Shown here in pieces: positions 1-9,417 of a stretch of DNA of 64,000 nt. The notes beneath the pieces were generated by a model. That model had not been told where the DNA came from. It was given only the letters and a program-made list of their open reading frames with translations, and did not search any database. The translations under genes and the position numbers were made by a program. Position 1 is the first letter of the stretch. Each line of letters starts with the position of its first letter. The DNA is from Candidatus Binataceae bacterium (GTDB lineage Bacteria > Desulfobacterota > Binatia > Binatales > Binataceae), in the NCBI GenBank assembly GCA_041491005.1, contig JBGPUE010000008.1:7212-71211 (forward strand), in the 5' to 3' direction.

Positions 1-804
1 GCGGCCTTCGCCTATCGGCACACCCGCGGTCTGCCCTACATCTATCCCGACAACGACCTGAACTATACCGGCAACTTTCTCTCGATGCTCTTCAAAATGA
101 CCGAGCTGAAGTACACGCCCAACCCGGTGCTCGAACGGGCGCTCGACGTGCTCTTCATCCTGCACGCCGATCACGAGCAGAACTGCTCGACCAACGCGAT
201 GCGCTCGGTGGGCAGCTCGCAGGTTGATCCCTATTCGGCGACCGCGGCGGCCGTGGCTGCGCTGTATGGCCCGCTGCATGGCGGCGCCAATGAGGCGGTG
301 GTGCGGATGCTGATGGAGATCGGCTCGGCCGACAAGGTTCCCGCGGCCGTCAAGCGGTTCAAAGCCGGCGAGGGCCGTCTGATGGGCTTCGGCCATCGCG
401 TTTACAAGAATTACGACCCGCGCGCCAAAATCATCAAGAAGCTCGCCTACGACGTCTTCGCGATCACCGGCGAGAATCCGTTGATCAAGATCGCGCTCGA
501 ACTCGAGCGCATCGCGCTGCAGGATGAGTACTTCGTGTCGCGCAAACTCTATCCGAACGTCGACTTCTACACCGGACTTATCTACCAGGCGATGGGCTTT
601 CCGATGACGATGTTCCCGGTGCTGTTCGCGATCGGGCGTACTTCAGGATGGCTGGCGCAGTGGGCCGAGATGGTGCGCGATCCCGAGCAGAAGATCGCGC
701 GGCCGCGGCAGGTGTATGTCGGAGAAGCCGAGCGGCCCTACCAGCCGATCGATCGGCGGCCGGAGCCTACGATGCGCGAGGAGGCCGTCAGCGACTCGAT
801 TTGA
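1..804 (+). CDS. gltA: citrate synthase, C-terminal ~267 codons (5' end lies upstream of window)
   Basis: Frame 1 is open from base 1 to the stop at 802-804. The translation (LFILHADHEQNCSTNAMR, GPLHGGANE, GFGHRVYKNYDPRA, NVDFYTGLIY) is the conserved catalytic core of type II citrate synthases. Confidence 0.9.
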   Translation, partial: AAFAYRHTRGLPYIYPDNDLNYTGNFLSMLFKMTELKYTPNPVLERALDVLFILHADHEQNCSTNAMRSVGSSQVDPYSATAAAVAALYGPLHGGANEAVVRMLMEIGSADKVPAAVKRFKAGEGRLMGFGHRVYKNYDPRAKIIKKLAYDVFAITGENPLIKIALELERIALQDEYFVSRKLYPNVDFYTGLIYQAMGFPMTMFPVLFAIGRTSGWLAQWAEMVRDPEQKIARPRQVYVGEAERPYQPIDRRPEPTMREEAVSDSI

Positions 805-941
805 CGGCCAGCCTCGCGCTCGTACCGCCTGGGCTGAGAAGGCGGGCAGCTCGGGTTCGCGTCGATGCGAATCCGGCTGCTCGTGCTTCTAAGCCTCTCT
901 TCGAAAGACCTTGTCCTTGGACGCTAACGGCAAGAGCGCCT

Positions 942-1190
942 TCACGCCCTTGGCAAAGACAACTTCTCGCCGGCTGGACTTACCATGGCGTGCAGCGGCA
1001 GGCATCCGCATCGGTAAGGAGCCGCCCGCCAAGCCGGCTCGTTGTCACCGGAGAGGCCGTGCCGCCATAGCCCGGCGTGGCAGTTCCCGCATACGGCGTT
1101 GAAATGAAATCCACCTCGCGCCGACCAATAAGCCGTGCCGAGGCCTCCGGGTGCCACCGATACCGTCTTGCTGCCACATTTTGGGCACAT
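942..1190 (-). CDS. hypothetical small zinc-ribbon-like protein (82 aa)
   Basis: The ATG at 1190 is preceded on the minus strand by GGAGGT with a 6-nt spacer. The N-terminus MCPKCGS...(26 aa)...CGNCH gives a 4-Cys ribbon-like arrangement. The C-terminal half is Ala/Pro/Arg-rich, so the true length is uncertain. No family recognised. Confidence 0.35.
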   Translation of the reverse strand: MCPKCGSKTVSVAPGGLGTAYWSARGGFHFNAVCGNCHAGLWRHGLSGDNEPAWRAAPYRCGCLPLHAMVSPAGEKLSLPRA

Positions 1191-1231
1191 TGTATTACCT
1201 CCGCCAGGCCCAGGATTGGCGGGCGCTAGCG

Positions 1232-1627
1232 TCAGCGTCCGGATAGGGCGTCGACGTTGCCCTGATTGACCACCGCATGAGCCAACGCGACGCCGGCCAG
1301 CAGCTTGCCGAGGTTCTCCCGGCGCTCATCATGATGGCGCGGCTTGTGATGAGCCCCAGAAGAAAGGACGGGCGCCTGGCTATACATATTCCTGGCCCAT
1401 CTGTTTCGCATGATTGGACGGAATTTCAGCGTCGAGGGCTCATAGCGTCCCGGCGTATCGAAGGTCCGCCACGACGCAGATTGCAAGCTGGCCAGATAGT
1501 TGTCGCTTTGAGCCATGCGATAAGCGACCGGCGAGACCGCGCTAGCACCGCCCAGGATTAGCGATAGAGCGACCAGCGTGATCGAAGAGTGCAGCGCTTT
1601 GGGGATTCTGATCGATGAGCTGTTCAT
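1232..1627 (-). CDS. hypothetical exported or membrane-anchored protein (131 aa)
   Basis: The internal ATG at 1627 is preceded by GAGGGAG. The N-terminal hydrophobic stretch SSITLVALSLILGGASAV looks like a signal peptide or anchor. No family recognised. Confidence 0.5.
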   Translation of the reverse strand: MNSSSIRIPKALHSSITLVALSLILGGASAVSPVAYRMAQSDNYLASLQSASWRTFDTPGRYEPSTLKFRPIMRNRWARNMYSQAPVLSSGAHHKPRHHDERRENLGKLLAGVALAHAVVNQGNVDALSGR

Positions 1628-2227
1628 GGCGCGCGACTCCCTCTCGATCGGGACGGCGGCCAGCACTTGCCAGCCGCCAGTCCAAGTCTTGTTCAGCTCC
1701 GCCCGGCCCGCCCCTCATCCACCATCCTCCCCGTCCACCGCCCCACTATTTCAACTTCCACCCCACCCCGCCGGACATCATGTTGTGCAAGGCGCGGACC
1801 ATGCCGCTGGCTGTCCTCGGTCCGATCGGCGCTCTTGTAGGTTCGTTTTGGATCGCAGCACGATCTTGTCGGCGACCTGCTCGTGATAGCGTCAGGCGCA
1901 ATCAAGAGGCTCGATCAGAGGTCGATTGGCTATTGATGATGGAACTTGATGGCGACAGCAGAGCGTGCGCTTTCCGCAATCACCATTCGCGATTGGTGAG
2001 GTGATTCACGCCGATTCATGAGCCGCGTGTAACCGTGGACCGTCGCTGAGGCGCGTTCTTGTCACATTTGACCCGATCGGTTCTTCAAATCGCGCCGAAG
2101 GATTCGGGGCTGAAGCCGAACATGAACAATGGTGTCCCACACGTGGGACTAGCCACCCAGAATCATCGCGCCATGTGCCAAATGCGGGAAAAGGTGAAAG
2201 GCCCCTTCGATGCGAATTGGGCGCCTG

Positions 2228-3010
2228 CTAGGCGAGAAAATCGTCTACCACCGCCTGCTTGATGGAGATGTTCATCCATCCGCCGATGACCCTTCCCAGC
2301 GGCGAAGGGGTGAAACGAATCTGGGTATCGTCGACCATGGTCGCCTTGTAGGCCTTTGGGCCCATACCGAGTTCGGTCAATCGCACCCACTTGTTGGGCT
2401 GCAGCGGCGAACCGGGTTCTTCGGGCACCCGGATCGTCCGCCAAGTCTTGTAATGCCGCACGCCCGGCATTTGTTTGCCCTCGCGCGTGTGATGCCCGAG
2501 GTACCAGTCCTCACCGTCCGCGAATGAGATGCCGGGCGCATACGAGAAACAGTAGCTGTCTATAAAGATTTCCTCCGCCTCGTCGGCGAGCGGTTCTCCC
2601 TTGGGCCACCACAGTCGCAGCGTCATGTATTTGTAATGTTGCTGCGGCGCGTCGCGTAGCAGATCGTATTGCGGCTCTTCATCGAGGAACATGCATTCGA
2701 ACTCGCGGAATCCGGGCCTGCCGCCCGTGGCAGGAGTCCAGAGCTGGGGAGCTGACTTGTAGGCGGATTGCCACGCTTCGAAGTTGTCGAAACAGAGCTC
2801 CGTTCTGCGCGCAAACTGATTATGCGGAGTTGGAGCCCCGCCGCTCGGATAGGGAATCCCGACGTCCACCTGCCGCCATGATCGGTATCTGACGACGCCC
2901 GGTAGCTGTCTGACGCGCGCAACGTGCTCGCCCAGGTACCACGCTTCGCCATCGTCGCGGGAGACACCGGTGGGATAGTTGAAATGATGAATGAATCGAA
3001 TCATGAACAT
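2228..3010 (-). CDS. hypothetical protein built from two homologous halves (tentatively tandem EthD / dimeric alpha-beta-barrel-like domains)
   Basis: A 260-codon ORF with ordinary composition. The halves align by eye: NYPTGVSRDDGEAWYLGEHV..PGVVRYRSWR..RRTEL versus SYAPGISFADGEDWYLGHHT..PGVRHYKTWR..VRLTEL. The start could be ATG 3010 or ATG 3004. Confidence 0.7.
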   Translation of the reverse strand: MFMIRFIHHFNYPTGVSRDDGEAWYLGEHVARVRQLPGVVRYRSWRQVDVGIPYPSGGAPTPHNQFARRTELCFDNFEAWQSAYKSAPQLWTPATGGRPGFREFECMFLDEEPQYDLLRDAPQQHYKYMTLRLWWPKGEPLADEAEEIFIDSYCFSYAPGISFADGEDWYLGHHTREGKQMPGVRHYKTWRTIRVPEEPGSPLQPNKWVRLTELGMGPKAYKATMVDDTQIRFTPSPLGRVIGGWMNISIKQAVVDDFLA

Positions 3011-3200
3011 TGCCTCGCCAAGCTGTTGCAGCCTGTGCCATGGCAGCGCTGTCGCCGGTAGGGCGTCAAGAGATGGATGGTCTGTCTCTGAGGAAACCGG
3101 CCTCCGGCTTACGGCTCACGCCTGAACGTGTTCGCGGCAAGCGGCAACGGTTAAGCCGCTAGCGGAACATAACCCTTATCTCTGCAAGTGGGGTGAAGCC

Positions 3201-3887
3201 TCAGCGCTCCTGTGGATCCGCTATCAAATGATAGTAGACGTTGGCCGCGATTAGTGCCCCGACAATCGGACCGATCCAGTACAACCAGTGGTTCTGCACG
3301 AAGCCCGAGATGATTGCGGGTCCAAAGCTGCGCGCCGGGTTCATCGAAGCCCCGCTTACCGGTCCCCCGACCAGGATGTCAGCGAGAATCGTCAGCCCGA
3401 CGCCGAAACCGCCGATCTGGATGGGTGGTTTCGCATAGACCGCGGTTCCCATGATCGCGAACACCAGAAAGAAAGTGAGCAGAATCTCAACCCACAGTCC
3501 TGCTCCCGCGCCCACTCCGGCCGCCAGCCCGGGAGTTCCCAGATGCACCGGATCCCAGACCGAGCGATCGAAGATGGTGACCAGAAGCAACGCGGCGAGT
3601 AGCGAGCCCAACAGTTGCGCGGCGATATAGGCGGCCGCCTGCGGCGCGCGAATCTTGCCGATTGAGAGCAGACCGATCGTGACCGCAGGATTGAGATGCC
3701 CGCCCGAGACGCGCATCGTTGCGGTGACCGCCAGCGACAGCGCCAATCCGTGGCACAGCGCGATTCCCAGCAATCCCAGCGTCTTGCCGCCGGTCAGCTG
3801 GTCGGTGACGATCACACCCGCGCCCAGAAAGACGAAGAAGAAGGTACCGGCAAACTCGGCGACCAGCGCGCGCGAATCCTGTTTCAT
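3201..3887 (-). CDS. aqpZ: MIP-family channel (aquaporin Z-like)
   Basis: 228 aa and highly hydrophobic. Both NPA boxes are present (SGGHLNPAVTIG and SGASMNPARSFG). Confidence 0.9.
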   Translation of the reverse strand: MKQDSRALVAEFAGTFFFVFLGAGVIVTDQLTGGKTLGLLGIALCHGLALSLAVTATMRVSGGHLNPAVTIGLLSIGKIRAPQAAAYIAAQLLGSLLAALLLVTIFDRSVWDPVHLGTPGLAAGVGAGAGLWVEILLTFFLVFAIMGTAVYAKPPIQIGGFGVGLTILADILVGGPVSGASMNPARSFGPAIISGFVQNHWLYWIGPIVGALIAANVYYHLIADPQER

Positions 3888-3944
3888 TCCAGTTTCCTCC
3901 CAGAAGCTGGACGAGACCGGGCCATCGAACCGCCCGGGGTTTAG

Positions 3945-5003
3945 CTAGTTCGACTTCGGCAGTTCCGGATAAACGATCGTCAGTTGCTCGCCCTTGAGGC
4001 CTTCTTTGAGAAACGCAACCAGATCAGCCTTTTCAGCCGTGCTCAGATGCAGCGGTACTACCTGCTTGTCGAGATTGGGATTCTTCTCGCCACCCTTGTC
4101 GTAGAACTCGACGACTTCCGCAAGTGTCGCTTGGCTGCCGTCATGCATGTACGGGCCGGATTCGGTGATCTCGCGTATGGTAGGCGTCCTGAATTTGCCC
4201 TTGTCCTCGGCCTTCTTGGTCTCGCTATAGCGTCCGAGGTCCGGCGTGCTCTTGTTCATCCCGACGCCGAGGTTGTGAAAGTCGCCGTCGTTGAAGTTGT
4301 AGCCGACGTGACACGACGTGCAATTGCCCTTGCCCTTGAAGATTGCAAAGCCACGCTGAGCCTGCGCTGAAAGTGCGCTCTTGTCGCCGGCCTGAAATCG
4401 ATCAACCGGCGCGTTGCCGGAGAGAATCGTGCGCTCATAGCTCGCGATCGCCTTCGTAATTCGATCGGGGGTGGCAGGCCCGTTGAAGACCTTCTCGAAC
4501 CATCGCTTGTAGCCGGGAATTGCATTGAGCCGGTCAGCCGCCAGGCCAATCTTGCCGGCCCCCATCCCCATTTCGATCGGATTCTGGACCGGACCAGCAG
4601 CCTGCTCCTCGAGCGAATGGGCACGCCCGTCCCAGAACAGAAGATCCGCGTACGCCGCGTTGTAAATGACCGGTGAGGAGCGGCCTCCCTTCTGCCCCTT
4701 GAAACCGACCGCCACGGGCATTCCGTTGGACCATCCCAAACCGGGATTGTGGCAGGTGGCACACGACATCGAGACGTCGATCGACAGCCGCGGATCGAAA
4801 TACAGCGCGCGTCCGAGTTCAACTCGGTCCTTGGTCAGTGGATTGTCGGCGGGCACCGGCACTGCCGGCAGTCCGAGCGGCGGATGACCGATGTACTCCA
4901 TCGGGTCGCGAGCTGAGGCCGGATGCGCTGCCAGCAGCCACAACAGGGCGGTCGCGCCGGCGACAGCAAATCGCGTCCACGAGGTCCTCGAGATCCTGAG
5001 CAT
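3945..5003 (-). CDS. di-haem cytochrome c peroxidase (CCP/MauG family), exported
   Basis: N-terminal signal peptide (AVAGATALLWLLAAHPASA). Two CxxCH haem motifs (CATCH, CTSCH) with the spacing typical of bacterial CCP. Confidence 0.9.
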   Translation of the reverse strand: MLRISRTSWTRFAVAGATALLWLLAAHPASARDPMEYIGHPPLGLPAVPVPADNPLTKDRVELGRALYFDPRLSIDVSMSCATCHNPGLGWSNGMPVAVGFKGQKGGRSSPVIYNAAYADLLFWDGRAHSLEEQAAGPVQNPIEMGMGAGKIGLAADRLNAIPGYKRWFEKVFNGPATPDRITKAIASYERTILSGNAPVDRFQAGDKSALSAQAQRGFAIFKGKGNCTSCHVGYNFNDGDFHNLGVGMNKSTPDLGRYSETKKAEDKGKFRTPTIREITESGPYMHDGSQATLAEVVEFYDKGGEKNPNLDKQVVPLHLSTAEKADLVAFLKEGLKGEQLTIVYPELPKSN

Positions 5004-5343
5004 CTGGTCGTTCTCCGTGAAGAAGGCCGCGCCGCGCTGGAGACCAGCGGCGGTTTTCGCGCATCAATCGGGCCGAATCGGCGTCACGAGGCTCGATATT
5101 AGACAGCTACGACGGAAACGCAAGAGCACCCGGTGGTATGCACGCGATGCCGCCGCACCGCGGACGTGGAAGTCCCCGAGTTTGACGATCTGCTGCGCGG
5201 CTCGGCTCGGCGAGTTCCAGTTGGTCGGGTGCTCGGTCGAGATTCACGCGCTCTGCGAGCGTTGCCGGAAGCCGGCAAGGCGACGTCCGGCGTGAGCAGC
5301 TTGCGCCAGACGTATCCGGGTCAACGCAGCGGACTAGTCTGAT

Positions 5344-6147
5344 TCACTCCGCATACTTCGGGCGGCGCTTCTCAAGGAACGCCCGCACACCCTCGCCGAA
5401 GTCCTCCGAGCGCCCGCACAGCACCTGATTGCGATCCTCCATGAATATCGCCTGCTCGAGGCTGCCCGCATCGACGCTCGCCGCCAGGCACTCCTTGGTC
5501 AGACGAAGTCCGAGCGGCGCGGTCTGCACCATGTCATCCGCGAGCTTGCGCGCCGCGGCTTCGAGCTGATCGTCCGGCACGACCTCCGACACCAAACCGG
5601 TTGCGAGCGCGCGTTGCGCATTGATGAAGCGCCCGGTCATCAGCAACTCCGATGCGACCGCCATCCCGACCAGCCGCGGCAGGAAATAGCTGGTGCCCAT
5701 GTCGCAGCCCGAGAGCCCGACGCGGATGAAGGCGGCGTTGAAGCGCGCCGACTCGCCCGCGATGCGGCAATCGCAGGCCATCGCCAGCGCGAATCCGCCG
5801 CCGCATGCGGGCCCATGCACGGCCGCAATGAAAGCTTGTGGCGCGCGCCGCATCTGCATCACCAGCTCGCTCATCCGGCGCTGCGAGCGGAATCCATACT
5901 CCGACGAGTTCTGGAACTGCTCGCCCTGCGAGCGGTTGTGCCCCTTCAAGTCGAGGCCCGCGCAGAAGGCGCGGCCCGCGCCACGGATCACGACCACGCG
6001 CGTCGATTCATCGGAGGGCAGCTTGCGCAGGAAGTCGTGCAGCTCATCGACAATCGTGCTGTTCAATGCGTTGAGCGCATGCGGCCGGTTGAGCGTCAAC
6101 CATGCCACCCTGCCTTCCTGTTTCAGATCGATCGTCTCGTATGCCAT
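5344..6147 (-). CDS. enoyl-CoA hydratase/isomerase (crotonase superfamily)
   Basis: MAYETIDLKQEGRVAWLTLNRPHALNAL.., oxyanion-hole region RGAGRAFCAGLDLK and GPACGGGFALAMACD. ATG 6147 was chosen because the longer ORF to 6234 has a non-protein-like leader. Confidence 0.9.
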   Translation of the reverse strand: MAYETIDLKQEGRVAWLTLNRPHALNALNSTIVDELHDFLRKLPSDESTRVVVIRGAGRAFCAGLDLKGHNRSQGEQFQNSSEYGFRSQRRMSELVMQMRRAPQAFIAAVHGPACGGGFALAMACDCRIAGESARFNAAFIRVGLSGCDMGTSYFLPRLVGMAVASELLMTGRFINAQRALATGLVSEVVPDDQLEAAARKLADDMVQTAPLGLRLTKECLAASVDAGSLEQAIFMEDRNQVLCGRSEDFGEGVRAFLEKRRPKYAE

Positions 6148-6278
6148 CGGTGTCGCTCCTTGAGTTTTGCCATGCAGACTTACTGCTGGCGCATCAATCC
6201 GAGTTTGACAAGCCAACCGCAAACCGACTACCAAAACCTGACAGCACGCGACTGGAAGCTGCGGAGATTTCCGAACAG

Positions 6279-7094
6279 ATGCCGACCAAGTACGTGGACG
6301 TCAAGAGCCACGCCGTCTACACGCATTACGCCGGCCGCACCACGCTGCCCGACGTGATTCCCGATTTCTCGCGCGGCCGCAAGATCGTTTTGCTGCATGC
6401 GGCCGGCTCCAACGGCCATAGCTGGCACAACCAGCTCGATCATCTGGGCAAGGCGCACAGCCCGATTGCATTGGATTTTCCCGGCCACGGCCGGTCCGAC
6501 GGCGTGGAAGGCGCCGCATCGATTCGCGAGTTCTCAGACCTGCTCGCGGCCTTCCTCGATGCGCTCAAGATCGATTCGGCAGTGATCGCGGGGCGCTCGA
6601 TGGGCGGCGCGGTCGCGATGGACTTTGCGTTGCGCCATCCGGATCGGACGCAGGCGCTGATTCTGGTTGCGACAGCGGCAAAATTCGGCATTCCCGCCGA
6701 GACCGTCGCGCAGCTCAAGGCGGTAACGCAGGGCCGTGCGCCGCAGGCCTTTCTCACCACCGGCTTCGCGCCGAAGACCATCAGCGACAACTTCAACGTC
6801 GTGCGCGAATACTGGATGGAGCAGATCAAGACCGACCCCCGCGTGCGCTATACCGACATCCTCGCGTGCAGCACCGTCGATCTGCGCGATCAGATCGACG
6901 GGATCCGCAAGCCGACACTGATCCTTGCCGGCGCTGACGATCAAGCCACCACTCCTGCCGACGCCGAGTTCCTCCGCAGCAGCATCGCCGGCGCGCAGCT
7001 CGAAGTGATTCCGGATGCGGCGCACAACCCGACCACCGAGAAACCGGCCGAGGTCAACGCCGCGATCGACAAGTTTCTTGCATCGCTGAACTAG
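6279..7094 (+). CDS. alpha/beta-fold hydrolase
   Basis: ATG 6279 was chosen because the upstream part of the ORF overlaps the divergent crotonase gene. Contains LLHAAGSNGHSW, the nucleophile elbow GRSMGG and C-terminal IPDAAHNP. Confidence 0.85.
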   Translation: MPTKYVDVKSHAVYTHYAGRTTLPDVIPDFSRGRKIVLLHAAGSNGHSWHNQLDHLGKAHSPIALDFPGHGRSDGVEGAASIREFSDLLAAFLDALKIDSAVIAGRSMGGAVAMDFALRHPDRTQALILVATAAKFGIPAETVAQLKAVTQGRAPQAFLTTGFAPKTISDNFNVVREYWMEQIKTDPRVRYTDILACSTVDLRDQIDGIRKPTLILAGADDQATTPADAEFLRSSIAGAQLEVIPDAAHNPTTEKPAEVNAAIDKFLASLN

Positions 7095-7118
7095 CGCCTG
7101 CAGCGCGATGGATTTCTG

Positions 7119-8270
7119 ATGAGCCTCAAACATAACACCGCCATCGTGGGCGCCTACGAGCATCCGACCCGTTTCGCTCCCAGCAAGACAAGTTTCCAAA
7201 TCATGGCTGAGAGCGCCAAGGGGGCGCTCGATGATGCCGGCCTCACCATCAAGGATGTCGATGGGGTCTTCACCACCGGCATCGGCATGAGCGGGATGGG
7301 CGTGCTCGGGTGGTGCGACTACATGAATCTGACGCCCAGCTATCTCGATTCGACCTCGATCGGCGGCGCGTCGTTCGTCGCGCATACTGCGCATGCCGCA
7401 GCCGCCATTCACGCCGGATTGTGCAATGTTGCGCTGGTCTCCTTCGGCGCGACGGTGGCCTCATCTCGCTTCGGCGCAGGCGCCGGCGGCGCGAGCGATC
7501 CCTGCGATCAATACGAAGCGCCGTTCGGGGTAACCACGGTCGGCGCGTATGCGATGGTCGCGCAGCGCCACATGCATGACTACGGCACCAAGCCGGAGCA
7601 CTTGGCGGAGATTGCGGTGACGATGCGCGAGCATGCGTCGATGAATCCGGTGGCGAAATATCGCGAGCCAATCACCATCGACGACGTGCTCGCTTCGCGC
7701 GTCATCTCGTCACCGCTGCATCTGCTCGATTGTTGCATCATCAGCGACGGTGGCGGCGCGCTGGTTATCACATCCGCGGAGCGTGCGCGCGATCTGAAGA
7801 AGAAGCCGGCCTACATCCTCGGCGCGGGCGAGGCGGCGCGTCATGCGGGCCGGGGAGTGCGCGACTATCTCGAGATCGCCGGCTATCAGTCGGGCAAGCT
7901 GGCCTTCGAGCGGGCGGGCTTGACGCACAAAGACATCGACATGGCGATGATCTACGACTCGTTCACGATCACCGTGCTGGTGACGCTCGAAAATCTCGGC
8001 TTCTGCAAGCGCGGCGAGGGCGGCGCATTCGTCAGCGGCGGGCGGCTGCGCTTCGATGGTGATTTTCCGATCAACACCGATGGCGGCGGGCTATCTTCGA
8101 ACCATCCTATGATGCGCGGCATTTTCCTGGTGATCGAAGCGGTCAAACAGCTGCGCGGCGAATGCGGTCCGCGCCAGGTCAAGGACTGCAAGACCGCGCT
8201 GGTAAATGGCACCGGCGGCGCGCTCGGCACCCGCCATTCGGGCGCAACGCTCATCCTGTCGAATCAGTGA
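7119..8270 (+). CDS. thiolase-fold protein of the SCP-x / lipid-transfer-protein (Ltp) type
   Basis: 383 aa with AIVGAYEHPTRFAP.., LLDCCIISDGGGALVITS and NTDGGGLSSNHP. Followed after 15 nt by a DUF35 gene, the usual partner of this thiolase subclass. Confidence 0.85.
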   Translation: MSLKHNTAIVGAYEHPTRFAPSKTSFQIMAESAKGALDDAGLTIKDVDGVFTTGIGMSGMGVLGWCDYMNLTPSYLDSTSIGGASFVAHTAHAAAAIHAGLCNVALVSFGATVASSRFGAGAGGASDPCDQYEAPFGVTTVGAYAMVAQRHMHDYGTKPEHLAEIAVTMREHASMNPVAKYREPITIDDVLASRVISSPLHLLDCCIISDGGGALVITSAERARDLKKKPAYILGAGEAARHAGRGVRDYLEIAGYQSGKLAFERAGLTHKDIDMAMIYDSFTITVLVTLENLGFCKRGEGGAFVSGGRLRFDGDFPINTDGGGLSSNHPMMRGIFLVIEAVKQLRGECGPRQVKDCKTALVNGTGGALGTRHSGATLILSNQ

Positions 8271-8285
8271 ACCGGGCATAGAATC

Positions 8286-8708
8286 ATGGCTGACGAAAAG
8301 AAGAAGTACGCCAAGCCGCTGCCGCATATCGATGAAGAGAACCGCCCATGGTGGGAGGCGCTCCAGCGCCACGAGCTATACGTGCAGAAATGCCGCGATT
8401 GCGGCGCGCTTCGCTACTATCCACGCGCGCTATGCACCGAATGCCTGTCCGCACACACGGAATGGCTCCGCGCATCGGGCAAGGGCAAAATCTATACCTT
8501 CACGGTAACGAATCAGAATCCGGCCCCCGGATTTCGCGAATCGCTGCCCTACGTGATGGCCTACGTTGAGCTGGACGAAGGCCTCAAGATGCTTACGAAC
8601 ATTGTCGACTGCCGCCCCGAAGAGGTTAGAATAGGGATGCCCGTCGAGGTCGTATACGAGGACGTCACTCCTGAGGTGACGCTCGCGAAATTTCGCCCGG
8701 CGAGGTGA
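8286..8708 (+). CDS. DUF35 Zn-ribbon / OB-fold protein
   Basis: 140 aa. Four-Cys rubredoxin-like knuckle CRDCGALRYYPRALCTEC, followed by an OB-fold-like C-terminus (GKIYTFTV..YVMAYVELDEGLKMLTNIV..GMPVEVVYE). Confidence 0.85.
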   Translation: MADEKKKYAKPLPHIDEENRPWWEALQRHELYVQKCRDCGALRYYPRALCTECLSAHTEWLRASGKGKIYTFTVTNQNPAPGFRESLPYVMAYVELDEGLKMLTNIVDCRPEEVRIGMPVEVVYEDVTPEVTLAKFRPAR

Positions 8709-8722
8709 GGGAACATAGCTGA

Positions 8723-9406
8723 GTGGCCACGATCCTTGATCTCCACACTCACAGCGAAGCATCGGAGGACAGCCGCGCACCGGTAGAGGCCTACCTCAAC
8801 TGGATCAACCTGCGCCGTCACGAGCGCCCGCTCGATGGCATCGTCCTGACCGAGCATCGCCAGTTCAATCACGCGCCCGACTACCGCGCGCTCGAGGACC
8901 GCTTCGGCATCTTTGTGCTCAAGGCTTCCGAAGTCGAGACCGACTACGGGCACGTGCTGGTGTTCGGCGTCAATGACGACATCCGGCGGCGCTTCGATTT
9001 CGCCAACGTGCGGCTCAACGCGCAGGAGCTGATCGACGAGGTCGCACGGATGGGCGGCATTGCGGTGCCATGCCATCCGGGACGGCCCAACATCGGGCTG
9101 TGCGAGCATTACGAGAAGAAACCGCCGCTGGAAAACGTCATCGCCGTCGAGTTGCTCAACGGCGGCTCGCGCAAGGGCGAGAACGAGAGCGCGGCGGCGC
9201 TGGTGAAGAAGTTCGGCTATCGCAGCACCGGCGGCTCGGACAGCCATCTGGTGAGCCTCATCGGGTTGTGCGCGACGCGCTTCGAAGCCGAGGTGCGGAC
9301 AATCGACGACCTCGTGCGTGAGCTCAAGGCCGGTCGCTACGAAGCTGTGGACTTCCGGCCGCAGCGCAAGCCCGTTCCTCGCGCCGAACCAGTCGCGACG
9401 CGCTAG
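8723..9406 (+). CDS. PHP-domain metal-dependent phosphoesterase
   Basis: GTG start 14 nt after the DUF35 stop. Contains LDLHTHSEASEDS (HxH motif), VLTEHR, AVPCHPGRP and GGSDSH. Confidence 0.75.
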   Translation: MATILDLHTHSEASEDSRAPVEAYLNWINLRRHERPLDGIVLTEHRQFNHAPDYRALEDRFGIFVLKASEVETDYGHVLVFGVNDDIRRRFDFANVRLNAQELIDEVARMGGIAVPCHPGRPNIGLCEHYEKKPPLENVIAVELLNGGSRKGENESAAALVKKFGYRSTGGSDSHLVSLIGLCATRFEAEVRTIDDLVRELKAGRYEAVDFRPQRKPVPRAEPVATR

Positions 9407-9417
9407 CCACAACGGTT

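Noticed and set aside
1615-2004. ORFs in the 1667-2227 gene-free region (1578-1886, 1615-2004, 1693-1905, 2059-2262)
   Set aside because: They are Pro/Arg/Ser-rich with no RBS or motifs, and they partly derive from the C-rich tract. The region is treated as non-coding.
2134-2149. Short palindrome gtcccac-ac-gtgggac as a regulatory site
   Set aside because: It has a 7-bp stem with a 2-nt loop and occurs once, far from any supported start codon. That is too weak to interpret.
5004-5343. 340-bp gap between the crotonase stop and the cytochrome c peroxidase start, as a possible hidden gene or RNA
   Set aside because: I translated both strands by eye. I found no protein-like frame, strong hairpin or repeat. 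It is most simply the ccp promoter region.
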